25,717 nucleotides of DNA from Promethearchaeota archaeon (GCA_048938295.1 JBHLMI010000031.1:1-25717); one strand, 5' to 3'; counted from the first letter of the stretch, positions 1 to 8,566 are shown. Numbers and translations are program-made. The notes: generated by a model from the letters alone, not told the origin.

Positions 1-261
1 CACGAAGAAGAACCAACTGCCAAACCTAAGCGTAGGGAATCCCAATCCGCTCTGGCAGTAGAGATGATTCTTAGCGATGCTAAACGTCCCTTAACAACCT
101 TCGAAGTCACTCGCTTATTCCATGAAATCGGATGTCCGGACTCTCCAAGCCGATTACTCACCCAACTCCGTCAGGATGGTAAAATTCATGGAAAATTAAG
201 TATCAAGAGGAAGACTATGCTATGGTGGGCACCCGAAGTCGAAGAACCCACCGATGAATAA
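1..261 (+). CDS. 5'-truncated hypothetical protein with probable C-terminal winged-helix domain
   Basis: The frame is open from base 1 (HEEEPTAKPKRRESQSALAVE precedes the ORF-track Met at 64). The pattern ILSDAKRPLTTFEV...CPDSPSRLLTQLRQDGKIHGK...LWW resembles a wHTH. It converges on the radical SAM gene. Confidence 0.6.
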   Translation, partial: HEEEPTAKPKRRESQSALAVEMILSDAKRPLTTFEVTRLFHEIGCPDSPSRLLTQLRQDGKIHGKLSIKRKTMLWWAPEVEEPTDE

Positions 262-272
262 ATTTCCGCATG

Positions 273-1103
273 TCAGAAGATGATGTCGGCTTCCAACCCA
301 TAATCAATGCAGAACTCCATGATTTGAGTCCGAACCTGATCATAGTACTTGCTTCCTGGTCGAAGGGCATCAAGTATAGATTTAGCGTTGTTTCCAAAAT
401 GAGTGTGTAATGCCTGCTCAATAACTGGGCGGTTCCCATACTTCACGTTCAACCGATCGAAGAGTGCATAGGCCACACCACAATCGGCAAGATTTCGGAT
501 CAATTCCTCCAGGTATATCGTGCTTAATTCCGGAATAATAGGACCCACAAACCCATAGGTTCGTATTCCTCGTTCGCTCAGTTCCTTTAATGCTATTAGA
601 CGACGGTGACTCGCTACCGCGCCAGATTCGAAGACCTGGCGAACCTTGTTATCTAAAGTAATTATGGTCATCCCCACCTCGTTTTTAACTGATTGACCAA
701 GTAAATCAGCATCGCGCAGAACCAAATCTGATTTAGTTAAAATGGTAATGGGGAACTCGTTTCGTAATAGTAACTCGATGCAGGCACGGGTAATCTCGTA
801 CCGACGTTCCAACGGCTGATAGGAATCTGTTACGCTAGAAAAGAGTACAGGCTCCTTTGTGGTCTTCCTGCGTCGTCGCAACTGTTGCTGCAACACCCGT
901 GGCGCATTGATTTTAATATCCACAAAACTGCCCCATTCTTCTCCGAGATGGCCTGAGTATCTGCTCATGAATCGGGCGTAACAATAGGCGCAAGCATGTT
1001 GGCATCCTATGTACGGGTTGATGGCATAAGTGACCCCACTAATACGGCTGGGGTTCAAGATGCTCTTGGCGGCAACCTCGTTGATGCGCAATTGAGGGGA
1101 CAA
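273..1103 (-). CDS. Radical SAM protein, spore photoproduct lyase-like (SPL/Rv2578c-type) family
   Basis: CxxxCxxC motif in INPYIGCQHACAYCYA, the SSVTDSYQPLE motif, and ITILTKSDLVLRD. TTG start. Confidence 0.85.
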   Translation of the reverse strand: MSPQLRINEVAAKSILNPSRISGVTYAINPYIGCQHACAYCYARFMSRYSGHLGEEWGSFVDIKINAPRVLQQQLRRRRKTTKEPVLFSSVTDSYQPLERRYEITRACIELLLRNEFPITILTKSDLVLRDADLLGQSVKNEVGMTIITLDNKVRQVFESGAVASHRRLIALKELSERGIRTYGFVGPIIPELSTIYLEELIRNLADCGVAYALFDRLNVKYGNRPVIEQALHTHFGNNAKSILDALRPGSKYYDQVRTQIMEFCIDYGLEADIIF

Positions 1104-1238
1104 GGTTCATCAGTATAACATGCTGTAGATGGTGAAATAAAAACTTGGACCCCGCTAGGAAAAGTGAGATGTGGGGAAGTTGAGAGAATAACAACACAGA
1201 AAAGGAAGGAGGAAAGAAGTGGCGACGGTGACCTCACC

Positions 1239-1715
1239 ATGGATGCAGATCAACTCAAAGCCTTCCTGAAGAATCAAATCGTACTTGAAGGGAAAATTGT
1301 GCGTATGGCAAAAAAGAGTGTGAAAGACACGAGAAATCAGTTGGTAAAGAATCTCATCCAAGCCATCGCCATTGACTCCAACAAGCACGCCCTCATGCTC
1401 AACGCCATTCTCGCCCGTCTCGCATCAAAGACCCCTTTCATTGAAGAAACCAAACGAAATGAACTAGGTAGGGATATCAAGATACACATTGAATTGGAAG
1501 CTGAAGCAATCAAAACATACAAAGAGCTCATTCCTGAAATGGAAGATCCTGGGACCAAACAAGTCATCCAATACATACTCGATGACGAAAAACGTCACCA
1601 CAGCCTCCTCACTCAGCTTTACGAACTTGTTATCGTAAAAGAAACTCTCACCGAAGAAGATCTTTGGGATCTCACATGGAAAGACGTGCCATGGCATGGC
1701 GGACCTGGAGGATAG
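1239..1715 (+). CDS. Ferritin-like (rubrerythrin-type four-helix) di-iron protein
   Basis: Two helix pairs with iron-ligand spacing: LE...DSNKH and IELEAEA...DEKRHH. GGTGA ribosome-binding site 7 nt before ATG 1239, so the ORF-track start at 1164 is probably too long. C-terminus WKDVPWHGGPGG. Confidence 0.8.
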   Translation: MDADQLKAFLKNQIVLEGKIVRMAKKSVKDTRNQLVKNLIQAIAIDSNKHALMLNAILARLASKTPFIEETKRNELGRDIKIHIELEAEAIKTYKELIPEMEDPGTKQVIQYILDDEKRHHSLLTQLYELVIVKETLTEEDLWDLTWKDVPWHGGPGG

Positions 1716-1730
1716 GCAACTCCGGATGGA

Positions 1731-1740
1731 TTCTTTTTTC
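1731..1740 (+). terminator. Oligo-T tract, putative archaeal intrinsic terminator
   Basis: TTCTTTTTTC 15 nt after the ferritin-like stop codon, between convergent genes. Confidence 0.45.
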
Positions 1741-2586
1741 TCACTGATAGAAGACGGCTAGGTATCTGAGCACTTCGAGTACTGCTACAACGCCAAATCC
1801 GACACCTATTGCATAAAAGAAGTATTTTGCTAGCCTCTCTAAGGGCAATATTGTAATGATTACTGCTAATAGAGCACAGAAGATGAGGAAATATCCAACA
1901 ATCATCCCTTGAAAGCCAGCAAATATGTAGGCAATAATGAACATCACTAAAGTGAAAAGTGATGCGGCCCGTTTTCCAAGAACTACGGCAAAGGTGCGGT
2001 CTCCCACAAGCTTGTCGGCACTATAATCCATCACTGTGCTGAACGAATGAATTCCCATCACACATGCTGTGATGAGATAAGCCTGAATTGGAATATCAAA
2101 TAAGGTTGCACCAAAGCTCGCTCCAAGTAACACTGGGGCATAGAAGTAGAGGATGCCATTAGAGATTGAATCCAATGGTGGGTGCTCCTTGAATCGGAGC
2201 GGCGGTGTTGAGTAGAAATAAGAGAAAAACAACAAGAGGCTCATGCCTACAATATTGGTTGGATTCAGGGAGAGAATTGAACTAGCCAACATGATGATTA
2301 CCACAATCGCTGCTAGCTTCTTCACAAAGGGAAAGACTTCGGTTTCCATCTCAACGGATTCAGACACCGATTTGCGTGGATTGAGTTTGTCAGCCTCATA
2401 ATCGTAGATATCATTCACACCATACAGCAGAATACAGTAAGGAATTGAGAGCAGGATGAGTTGGAAAAGTGCCAAAGAACTTAATGGGGTTCCAAATGCT
2501 GTCAACCCTAAGAGGAAAACAAGAGGTGCGATGAGCCATCCAAGGGGTCGACTAGCTTTAATCACTATCCAGATTTTAGTCTTCAC
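1741..2586 (-). CDS. UbiA-family prenyltransferase, most like the lycopene elongase (CrtEb/LyeJ) subgroup
   Basis: Multi-TM protein with SRP near the N-terminus, YGVNDIYDYEADKLNPRK (NDxxDxxxD), PPLRFKEHPPLDS and a second Asp motif MDYSADKLVGDRT. Confidence 0.8.
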   Translation of the reverse strand: MKTKIWIVIKASRPLGWLIAPLVFLLGLTAFGTPLSSLALFQLILLSIPYCILLYGVNDIYDYEADKLNPRKSVSESVEMETEVFPFVKKLAAIVVIIMLASSILSLNPTNIVGMSLLLFFSYFYSTPPLRFKEHPPLDSISNGILYFYAPVLLGASFGATLFDIPIQAYLITACVMGIHSFSTVMDYSADKLVGDRTFAVVLGKRAASLFTLVMFIIAYIFAGFQGMIVGYFLIFCALLAVIITILPLERLAKYFFYAIGVGFGVVAVLEVLRYLAVFYQ

Positions 2587-2631
2587 AGTGAATGCAACTG
2601 GCTATAAGCTAATAATCCTTTGTATCGCTTT

Positions 2632-4005
2632 TTATGTGGCAAAATCGGTAAGTCGCTTTTGATAGAGCTGACGAGCTAACAGACTACCTCCATCAATCCA
2701 CGACTTCAAATCAATCCTAAAACCTGACATCATATATTGAACGGCTTCTTCACGAGTATCGAACCGGAGATAAGGTTGCTGTAAGGCTTCACGAACGATT
2801 TCGCGGCATTTCCAAACCCCTAATGGCATCAGATGGCTGGGGCGAGATTCCCGTAAGACGACAACGGAGGCTTGACGGCGTTCTTTAGCCAGGTGTTCAG
2901 TCGCCATCGCCCGGACTGCATAATAACATCCACCAATGGAAGCATACGTCGTTCGCCCCTTGTACGGTTCCCAGTCACTACAAATGCCCACATGGCTCCC
3001 TGAGGGGTTCCAGGAGGTGCCAGGAAACCAGGCTTCAACAAGTTCGTAACTCCAGGCTTCAGGGCTCATCAAGATCTTGAAATGATCTCCCAAGAAGTTA
3101 TGCTCATAAACACGGTGCTCATTGATGAGTGGCTGGTCTTTGACCTGGCTACGGTAATAGCGTCCTACTGTGCTATCAACAGCGGTAATGCTCCAGCGCG
3201 TGGGAACCATTCGCCGGTTTGGACCAATGCCAAAGGAACCCATGCTAAAAGCGCGGGTAATCTTGGTGAGGTTAACATCATTACTGTACAGGTCAATAAT
3301 CGCCGGAGCAGCCTTGAGGTCTCTATCCTCATAGGCCCGTTCAAGCCGTTTGTGCCCTTTCATGGTTCCTAACACAAACTTCTCTAACATGGCAGACGGA
3401 CCCATAGGCTGGACTTCCGATTCCAATCTGAGGGGACGGCGTGGCCGCTTCTTGAACAGGACCTCCGTTTCAACCGGTCCAGAGGCGAGAGTCATGTCTC
3501 GGGTGTCATCAATGATTCGACCGGATTGTTCTGGTTCAAAGACGCTAACCCTATGCATCCCCCGAACGAGGGAATAACGGTACTCTAAAATCTGGTTCAG
3601 GTCCAGATACATCCAATCTTCAGGGGAATCGTAAATCGAGGTATCGCCAATGACGGGTGGGACCAAGGGGCCTGCGTACACTTTGGGCCAGCCAAAGCGC
3701 CCAACGAAGACCCCTGGCGGTGATGATCCCTCTAAATCAATTTTATCGAGCAGAGGTTGGACTTTCAAAAAAGAGTAAAGCCGGTGCAGGAGCGGGCAAG
3801 AAGACTTGCCACAGAGCATCTTACCACCCTTGCAGACAAGACATCGGGTCTGGCTGGAGTCAGGTGACAGGGTCTGCATGGATACATCCAGATCCTGGGC
3901 GGCTTCAACGCCATCCACCACAGGAGCGAGATAGGGTGCGACTTTGCGGACTTTCTTCACGAGTTTTACTCGCTTCGATGAGCCTCGGCTCGTAAGTTGC
4001 CTCAC
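2632..4005 (-). CDS. nreA: Nre family DNA repair protein with C-terminal PCNA-interacting (PIP) motif
   Basis: CLVCKGGKMLCGKSSCP Cys motif, GSSPPGVFVGRFGWPKV, VPTRWSITAVD, GGCYYAVR and PLGVW. C-terminal QKRLTDF fits a PIP box. Start is uncertain; I chose GTG 4005 because GGTG precedes it and a TTTAAA box lies at 4042-4047. The ORF track gives 4038. Confidence 0.9.
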   Translation of the reverse strand: MRQLTSRGSSKRVKLVKKVRKVAPYLAPVVDGVEAAQDLDVSMQTLSPDSSQTRCLVCKGGKMLCGKSSCPLLHRLYSFLKVQPLLDKIDLEGSSPPGVFVGRFGWPKVYAGPLVPPVIGDTSIYDSPEDWMYLDLNQILEYRYSLVRGMHRVSVFEPEQSGRIIDDTRDMTLASGPVETEVLFKKRPRRPLRLESEVQPMGPSAMLEKFVLGTMKGHKRLERAYEDRDLKAAPAIIDLYSNDVNLTKITRAFSMGSFGIGPNRRMVPTRWSITAVDSTVGRYYRSQVKDQPLINEHRVYEHNFLGDHFKILMSPEAWSYELVEAWFPGTSWNPSGSHVGICSDWEPYKGRTTYASIGGCYYAVRAMATEHLAKERRQASVVVLRESRPSHLMPLGVWKCREIVREALQQPYLRFDTREEAVQYMMSGFRIDLKSWIDGGSLLARQLYQKRLTDFAT

Positions 4006-4186
4006 ATCCGCACCGCCATCGTTCTCCTCGTAACACACCCCTTTAAACCAAGAGAGGGTGCCAGATAAGTAAAGGAGAGTATTAAGAGGCTACCCTGTTT
4101 CCGAGGCATATAAACTCGACGAATTGGCAGCGGTGTGAAAAGATTACTCCTGTTCTTCTTGTCACCTTCACCAAGTACTTGATGAA

Positions 4187-4540
4187 TCATACTGTAGCGA
4201 CATCCACCCGCCATTCCCCCTCTAAATCCTCATCCTTAATGATAGTGATTGGTGCTGGCATTCCGCTTTTTTTGCCTTCTGAATTAATCCGCTGGAAAAA
4301 GAATTTCCATCGATTCTCATCGAGCTGGGTATCCTTTTCAGGGACATGATGATAGGTATAGCCAAATTTTTCTTGCATCTTCTGACTAGCTCGCCAATAC
4401 AGGTCTGGTGATGATCCATAACGATCTGCATTATCTTGGTGGTATTTTCGAAATGTTAAGAGCCATTTTGACTTGTCTTTTTCAACTAAGTATTTGTAAA
4501 AGAGCTTAGCTACTTCCAAAGGTAGAATCCCTTTCTTCAA
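4187..4540 (-). CDS. Hypothetical protein (117 aa, aromatic/Lys-rich)
   Basis: TTG start preceded by AAGAGGTG ribosome-binding site. Occupies an otherwise empty region. No family recognised. Confidence 0.6.
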   Translation of the reverse strand: MKKGILPLEVAKLFYKYLVEKDKSKWLLTFRKYHQDNADRYGSSPDLYWRASQKMQEKFGYTYHHVPEKDTQLDENRWKFFFQRINSEGKKSGMPAPITIIKDEDLEGEWRVDVATV

Positions 4541-4738
4541 TTGTTAACACCTCTTAGGCATTTTTCTTCTCTAACGCTATCTTCTCACAATCTTATTTGT
4601 CTGTGGATAGTGTTCGTGGTTTCTACATAATTATATTATTGATAATCCTTTTGCACTTTATCGAATGAGAGTGGGAGACCTCCGTTACAAATCCATAATA
4701 ATCAATCAAAATGTAATCTTCCCATTTTTTTTGTCTAA

Positions 4739-4752
4739 TTGGTAATTACCAA
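4739..4752. promoter_or_regulatory. Perfect 14-bp palindrome TTGGTAATTACCAA, candidate operator
   Basis: Directly visible, in the divergent intergenic region 58 nt upstream of the APC permease ATG at 4811. Confidence 0.4.
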
Positions 4753-4810
4753 AGTAGGTTTCAGACCCACGGCTAGGCTTTTCTATCCCTTAATATCATA
4801 TTATCAGACT

Positions 4811-6190
4811 ATGCCTGAATTAAAGCGAACGGTTGGTCTTTTTGGAGCGAGTTCTGTAGGCATCGCAAATATCATCGGCGCAGGAATTTTTGTTATTAGC
4901 GGTGTTGCAGCGGGACTTGCGGGGCCATCGGTTATCCTTTCATTTTTTTTGGCTGGAATTATTGCCCTCTTGACGGCACTATCATCGGCAGAACTGGCCT
5001 CAATAATAACGGAGACAGGTGCATCCTATGTGTTTACTAAAAGAGCTTTTGGGCGTATTCCAAGCTTTTTTGTTGGCTGGTTCAAATATTTCGATTATAT
5101 GGCTGGTGCTGCAGCGGTATCCATTGGGTTTGCGGCCTATTTCACAGCACTTTTTGGATTAGTTGGTCCCTTGCCCTTGATTCTAGCCGCCGTCGGGTTA
5201 CCGATCATTTTTACAATTCTAAATATAATTGGTGTCAAGGAAAGTGCTAATGCCACCTCAATTATGGTCTTCATCAAGCTTATTGCTTTAGTCCTATTAA
5301 TTGGGGCAGGTGGGATCTACCTATTTCATTTCTTTGATATAGCGCATTTTACCCCATTTTTTCCAACAGGTTTAGGGGGTACAATAAGTGGAGCTGCAGT
5401 TATCTTCTTTGCCTTTCTTGGTTTTAACACCATTGCAATGATGTCTGAAGAAACCAAAAACCCCGAAAAGACGATTCCTCGTGCATTGATTCTCGCGTTT
5501 ATAATAACCTTTGTTCTTTACATGGCAATTGCGGTCTTGGAGATTGGCATATTGAATTGGCAAAATTTGGGAACGAGCGCATCCCCACTTGAAGATTTAG
5601 CCCGGGCAATTTCAGCTAATCCCTTATTTACGAGTTTCATTGCGTTTACTGCATTGATTGCTACCGCCTCTGTTGTCTTGAGTTCCATTATGGGTGGAAC
5701 GCGTGCAAGTTTCGCCATGGGGCGGGATAGGCTCCTTCCCCAACAATTTGATAGAGTAAGCAGCCGCTTTAGTACTCCCTATCTGTCTGTGCTATTTGGA
5801 GGCATTCTTGTTGCAACTCTTGCCGGATTATTCTTCAATAACATTGATATCATTGCGTCAATCGTGAATTTTGGAAGTCTGTTTACCTATCTATTCGTTC
5901 ATGCCTCATTAATAAAATTAAGACGCGATGCACCAGAAATACAACGCCCTTTCAAAGTTCCCCTTTATCCCATCACACCAATCTTAGGCATATTTAGTTG
6001 TATTCTGTTAATGTTCTTTCTAAGTCTCAATGCCATGATTATGGCCGCTGTTTGGTGTCTCATTGGGATTTGCGTATTGGTGGTGATGTTCCGCAAATAC
6101 CCCCAAAGCTCATTGCATGACTCCGATGTGAAATCGGTCCATCAGTTTGATGACTCCGATTTTGAAAAAGTTCCCGACCACAAAGAATAG
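4811..6190 (+). CDS. APC-superfamily amino acid permease (CAT/ApcT-like)
   Basis: About 12 TM segments; TM1 NIIGAGIF, TM6 FFAFLGFNTIA, AEL and RPFKVPLYP motifs. Start placed at ATG 4811 (MPELKRTVGLF). The 3' end overlaps the H+-ATPase gene by 81 nt. Confidence 0.9.
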   Translation: MPELKRTVGLFGASSVGIANIIGAGIFVISGVAAGLAGPSVILSFFLAGIIALLTALSSAELASIITETGASYVFTKRAFGRIPSFFVGWFKYFDYMAGAAAVSIGFAAYFTALFGLVGPLPLILAAVGLPIIFTILNIIGVKESANATSIMVFIKLIALVLLIGAGGIYLFHFFDIAHFTPFFPTGLGGTISGAAVIFFAFLGFNTIAMMSEETKNPEKTIPRALILAFIITFVLYMAIAVLEIGILNWQNLGTSASPLEDLARAISANPLFTSFIAFTALIATASVVLSSIMGGTRASFAMGRDRLLPQQFDRVSSRFSTPYLSVLFGGILVATLAGLFFNNIDIIASIVNFGSLFTYLFVHASLIKLRRDAPEIQRPFKVPLYPITPILGIFSCILLMFFLSLNAMIMAAVWCLIGICVLVVMFRKYPQSSLHDSDVKSVHQFDDSDFEKVPDHKE

Positions 6191-8566
6191 GAGCGCATAT
6201 CCCCAGATAAAAGCTGCAAGCCCCCAGCCAATAGCAGGCATAAGAATACCAAAAACAGCCATGATGGTCGCTAGCAACTGTGTGAGTTCTGCTGTTAGGA
6301 AAAGACGAAGGGCAGGAAATGGCCGGTGCCAAAAAGAATGCGATCGAGTTCGAGTTAAATAAATAGTCATATGACCCGCAACGGCAAGCTTGAGAAAGAT
6401 TAGTGCTTGAAGTGTTAGGAGATCGAGGTGAAACACAACCAAGCCAAGGTAGAGAACACCAAAGCTGGCCAAGACACCCAGGACACCAAGGCTGGTGGCA
6501 AGGATTAGGATTCTAGCCGAGTCCCAGCGAACGGGTTTTCCTGGGGGTACAGCGTTATCAAAGGCAATCATCATTATGGGCAAATCATTGAGGAGGGCAA
6601 GAACGACGATCATAATTGCGTTAATTGGGTAAAAATTGAAGAGAAGGATAGAAAATGTAAGAAAGAACAACACCCGCACCGTCTCAGCAATGCGATAAGT
6701 CGAATAGCTATTCATGCGTTCAAAGATTTGCCGACTCTGCTTAATAGCATCAATAATCGCACAAAGTCCCGGTTTTGTAAGAACGAGATCCGCCGCCGAT
6801 TTGGCTGCATCTGTGGCACCAGCCACCGCAATACCGGTATCTGCTTTTTTCAGCGCCGGTGCATCGTTGACGCCATCTCCTGTCATTCCCACAATATGAT
6901 TTTTCTGTTGCAGGAGTTTCACGATATCATATTTATGTTCAGGAAAAACCTGTGCGAACCCATCAGCTTTTTCCACAAAATCCTGAACTTCACTATCGGA
7001 TTTTGCTAAAAACTCTGATGCCAGCAAAATGTTTGTGCCTAACTTAATTTGTTGAGCAATCTGTTTAGCAATGGCTATATGATCGCCTGTCACCATCTTA
7101 ACATCTAAACCCATGGTTTGAGCCGTTTTTATTGTATCTGCGGAATCGTCACGAGGAGGATCATAAAGAGCGATTAATCCTACAAACTGCCAAGCTCCTT
7201 TTGAATCCGTCTTAGTCACACCTAAAGCTCGAAACCCTTTTTGTGCAAAAGCATTAACCTGATCATCGAGATCCTTCGATAACGTCTTTTTATCCGCTAT
7301 TAAGCCAAGAATAACTTGGGGTGCACCCTTGGAAACCTTGAACTGATCTTTACCCGCTTCTATAATGGTGGCTTCTGTACGTTTTGAAACTGGGTCAAAT
7401 GGCTTAAAGGTTAGGGTTTCAAATGACGAATATTGGCCATTATCTGCTTGTTCTGCCTTATTTTTAACAATGATTGCGGTATCAATCGGGTCTTTATCTT
7501 CTTCCCGGGATGCAAGAGCTGCCAGTCTGATGACATCTTGGCTTGTAAAGTTCTTTTGTGGGGTAACATCCGCAACAACGATTTCATTTTTTGTTATCGT
7601 ACCTGTTTTATCTGAGCATAAGACATCCACACCGGCCATTTCCTGAATGGTACGAAGTTTTGACACAATGATGCCATGTTGAGTCAAATTGAGTGCACCA
7701 ACCGCCAAAGTCACAGAAAGAACCGCTGGCAAGGCAACAGGAATGGCAGCTATTAACAGCACTAACGAAAATTGCAATGTCTCTAGAATTGATTCATGGC
7801 GAAGAAAGGATGCAACAAAGATTATAGCTACCAGAGCGACAGCGAGTACGATTAGATAATTTCCAATTTTTATTACGCTCTCTTGGAAGTGACTGCGGGT
7901 TTTCGCTTCCTCTACAAGTTGTGCAGTTTTGCCAAAGTACGTCTGCATCCCGGTAGTGATGACGAGTCCATTCATTTCACCTCGTCGAACAATGGATCCT
8001 GAATAGGCTACATCTTCCAGCTTTTTTTCAACAGGAAGCGACTCACCGGTTAAGGTTGATTCATCTGTCTGTAGATAATCGCCTTCTATAAGTTTCAAAT
8101 CAGCTGGAATCATATCACCAAGTCGAATCCGAACGATATCTCCTGGTACCAGTTCCCGCGCTGTAACCTCGATCCATTTTCCATTTCTTAATACTCGGGC
8201 CTGGGTGGCTAATTTTTGTTTTAACAGCTCAATGGTGTCATCTGCCTTCTTCTCTTGCCAGAACCCAACAACGGCATTAATCATTAACATGACAAGGATG
8301 ACTGCAAAATCTTCCCAATGTTGTATGACAGCTGATAAGATTGCAGCCGCTTCAATCATCCAAGGTATAGGTCCCCAGAAATAGCTAAGAAATTTAAGAA
8401 AGGGATTTTTCTTCTTCTCTACTATCTCATTTGGGCCAAACACTTGTCTGCGCTTAGAAGCTTCGTCAGAAGACAGGCCTTTCGAACTTGTTGACAGAGT
8501 TTTCATTATATCCTTTGTCGATTTTATTTTCGCTTCGTCCGTTGTGATTCTTTTTGGTTCTGCCAA
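6110..8566 (-). CDS. Plasma-membrane proton-efflux P-type ATPase (type IIIA)
   Basis: TGES, DKTGT phosphorylation motif, KGAP, TGD and GDGVNDAP. TM4 IPVALPAV and TM6 LLND are characteristic of P3A pumps. GPIPWMIE motif. TTG start with GAGGGAG ribosome-binding site. Confidence 0.92.
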   Translation of the reverse strand: MAEPKRITTDEAKIKSTKDIMKTLSTSSKGLSSDEASKRRQVFGPNEIVEKKKNPFLKFLSYFWGPIPWMIEAAAILSAVIQHWEDFAVILVMLMINAVVGFWQEKKADDTIELLKQKLATQARVLRNGKWIEVTARELVPGDIVRIRLGDMIPADLKLIEGDYLQTDESTLTGESLPVEKKLEDVAYSGSIVRRGEMNGLVITTGMQTYFGKTAQLVEEAKTRSHFQESVIKIGNYLIVLAVALVAIIFVASFLRHESILETLQFSLVLLIAAIPVALPAVLSVTLAVGALNLTQHGIIVSKLRTIQEMAGVDVLCSDKTGTITKNEIVVADVTPQKNFTSQDVIRLAALASREEDKDPIDTAIIVKNKAEQADNGQYSSFETLTFKPFDPVSKRTEATIIEAGKDQFKVSKGAPQVILGLIADKKTLSKDLDDQVNAFAQKGFRALGVTKTDSKGAWQFVGLIALYDPPRDDSADTIKTAQTMGLDVKMVTGDHIAIAKQIAQQIKLGTNILLASEFLAKSDSEVQDFVEKADGFAQVFPEHKYDIVKLLQQKNHIVGMTGDGVNDAPALKKADTGIAVAGATDAAKSAADLVLTKPGLCAIIDAIKQSRQIFERMNSYSTYRIAETVRVLFFLTFSILLFNFYPINAIMIVVLALLNDLPIMMIAFDNAVPPGKPVRWDSARILILATSLGVLGVLASFGVLYLGLVVFHLDLLTLQALIFLKLAVAGHMTIYLTRTRSHSFWHRPFPALRLFLTAELTQLLATIMAVFGILMPAIGWGLAAFIWGYALLFFVVGNFFKIGVIKLMDRFHIGVMQ
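6117..6167. repeat. Imperfect direct repeat with 33-nt period inside the convergent gene overlap
   Basis: ATGACTCCGATGTGAAA (6117-6133) and ATGACTCCGATTTTGAAA (6150-6167). In frame in both genes: FKIGVI...FHIGVM in the ATPase and HDSDVK...DDSDFE in the permease. Confidence 0.65.

Noticed and set aside
4082-4189. Possible selenocysteine read-through of the TGA ending the 117-aa ORF (the frame stays open for about 34 more codons)
   Set aside because: No redox motif around the TGA, no recognisable SECIS, and an open stretch this long is expected by chance.
4002-4214. 70-aa ORF between the ORFan and nreA, with a TGA/GTG overlap at the proposed nreA start
   Set aside because: No recognisable protein features, it overlaps both neighbours, and it spans TATA-like boxes that more simply form the nreA promoter.
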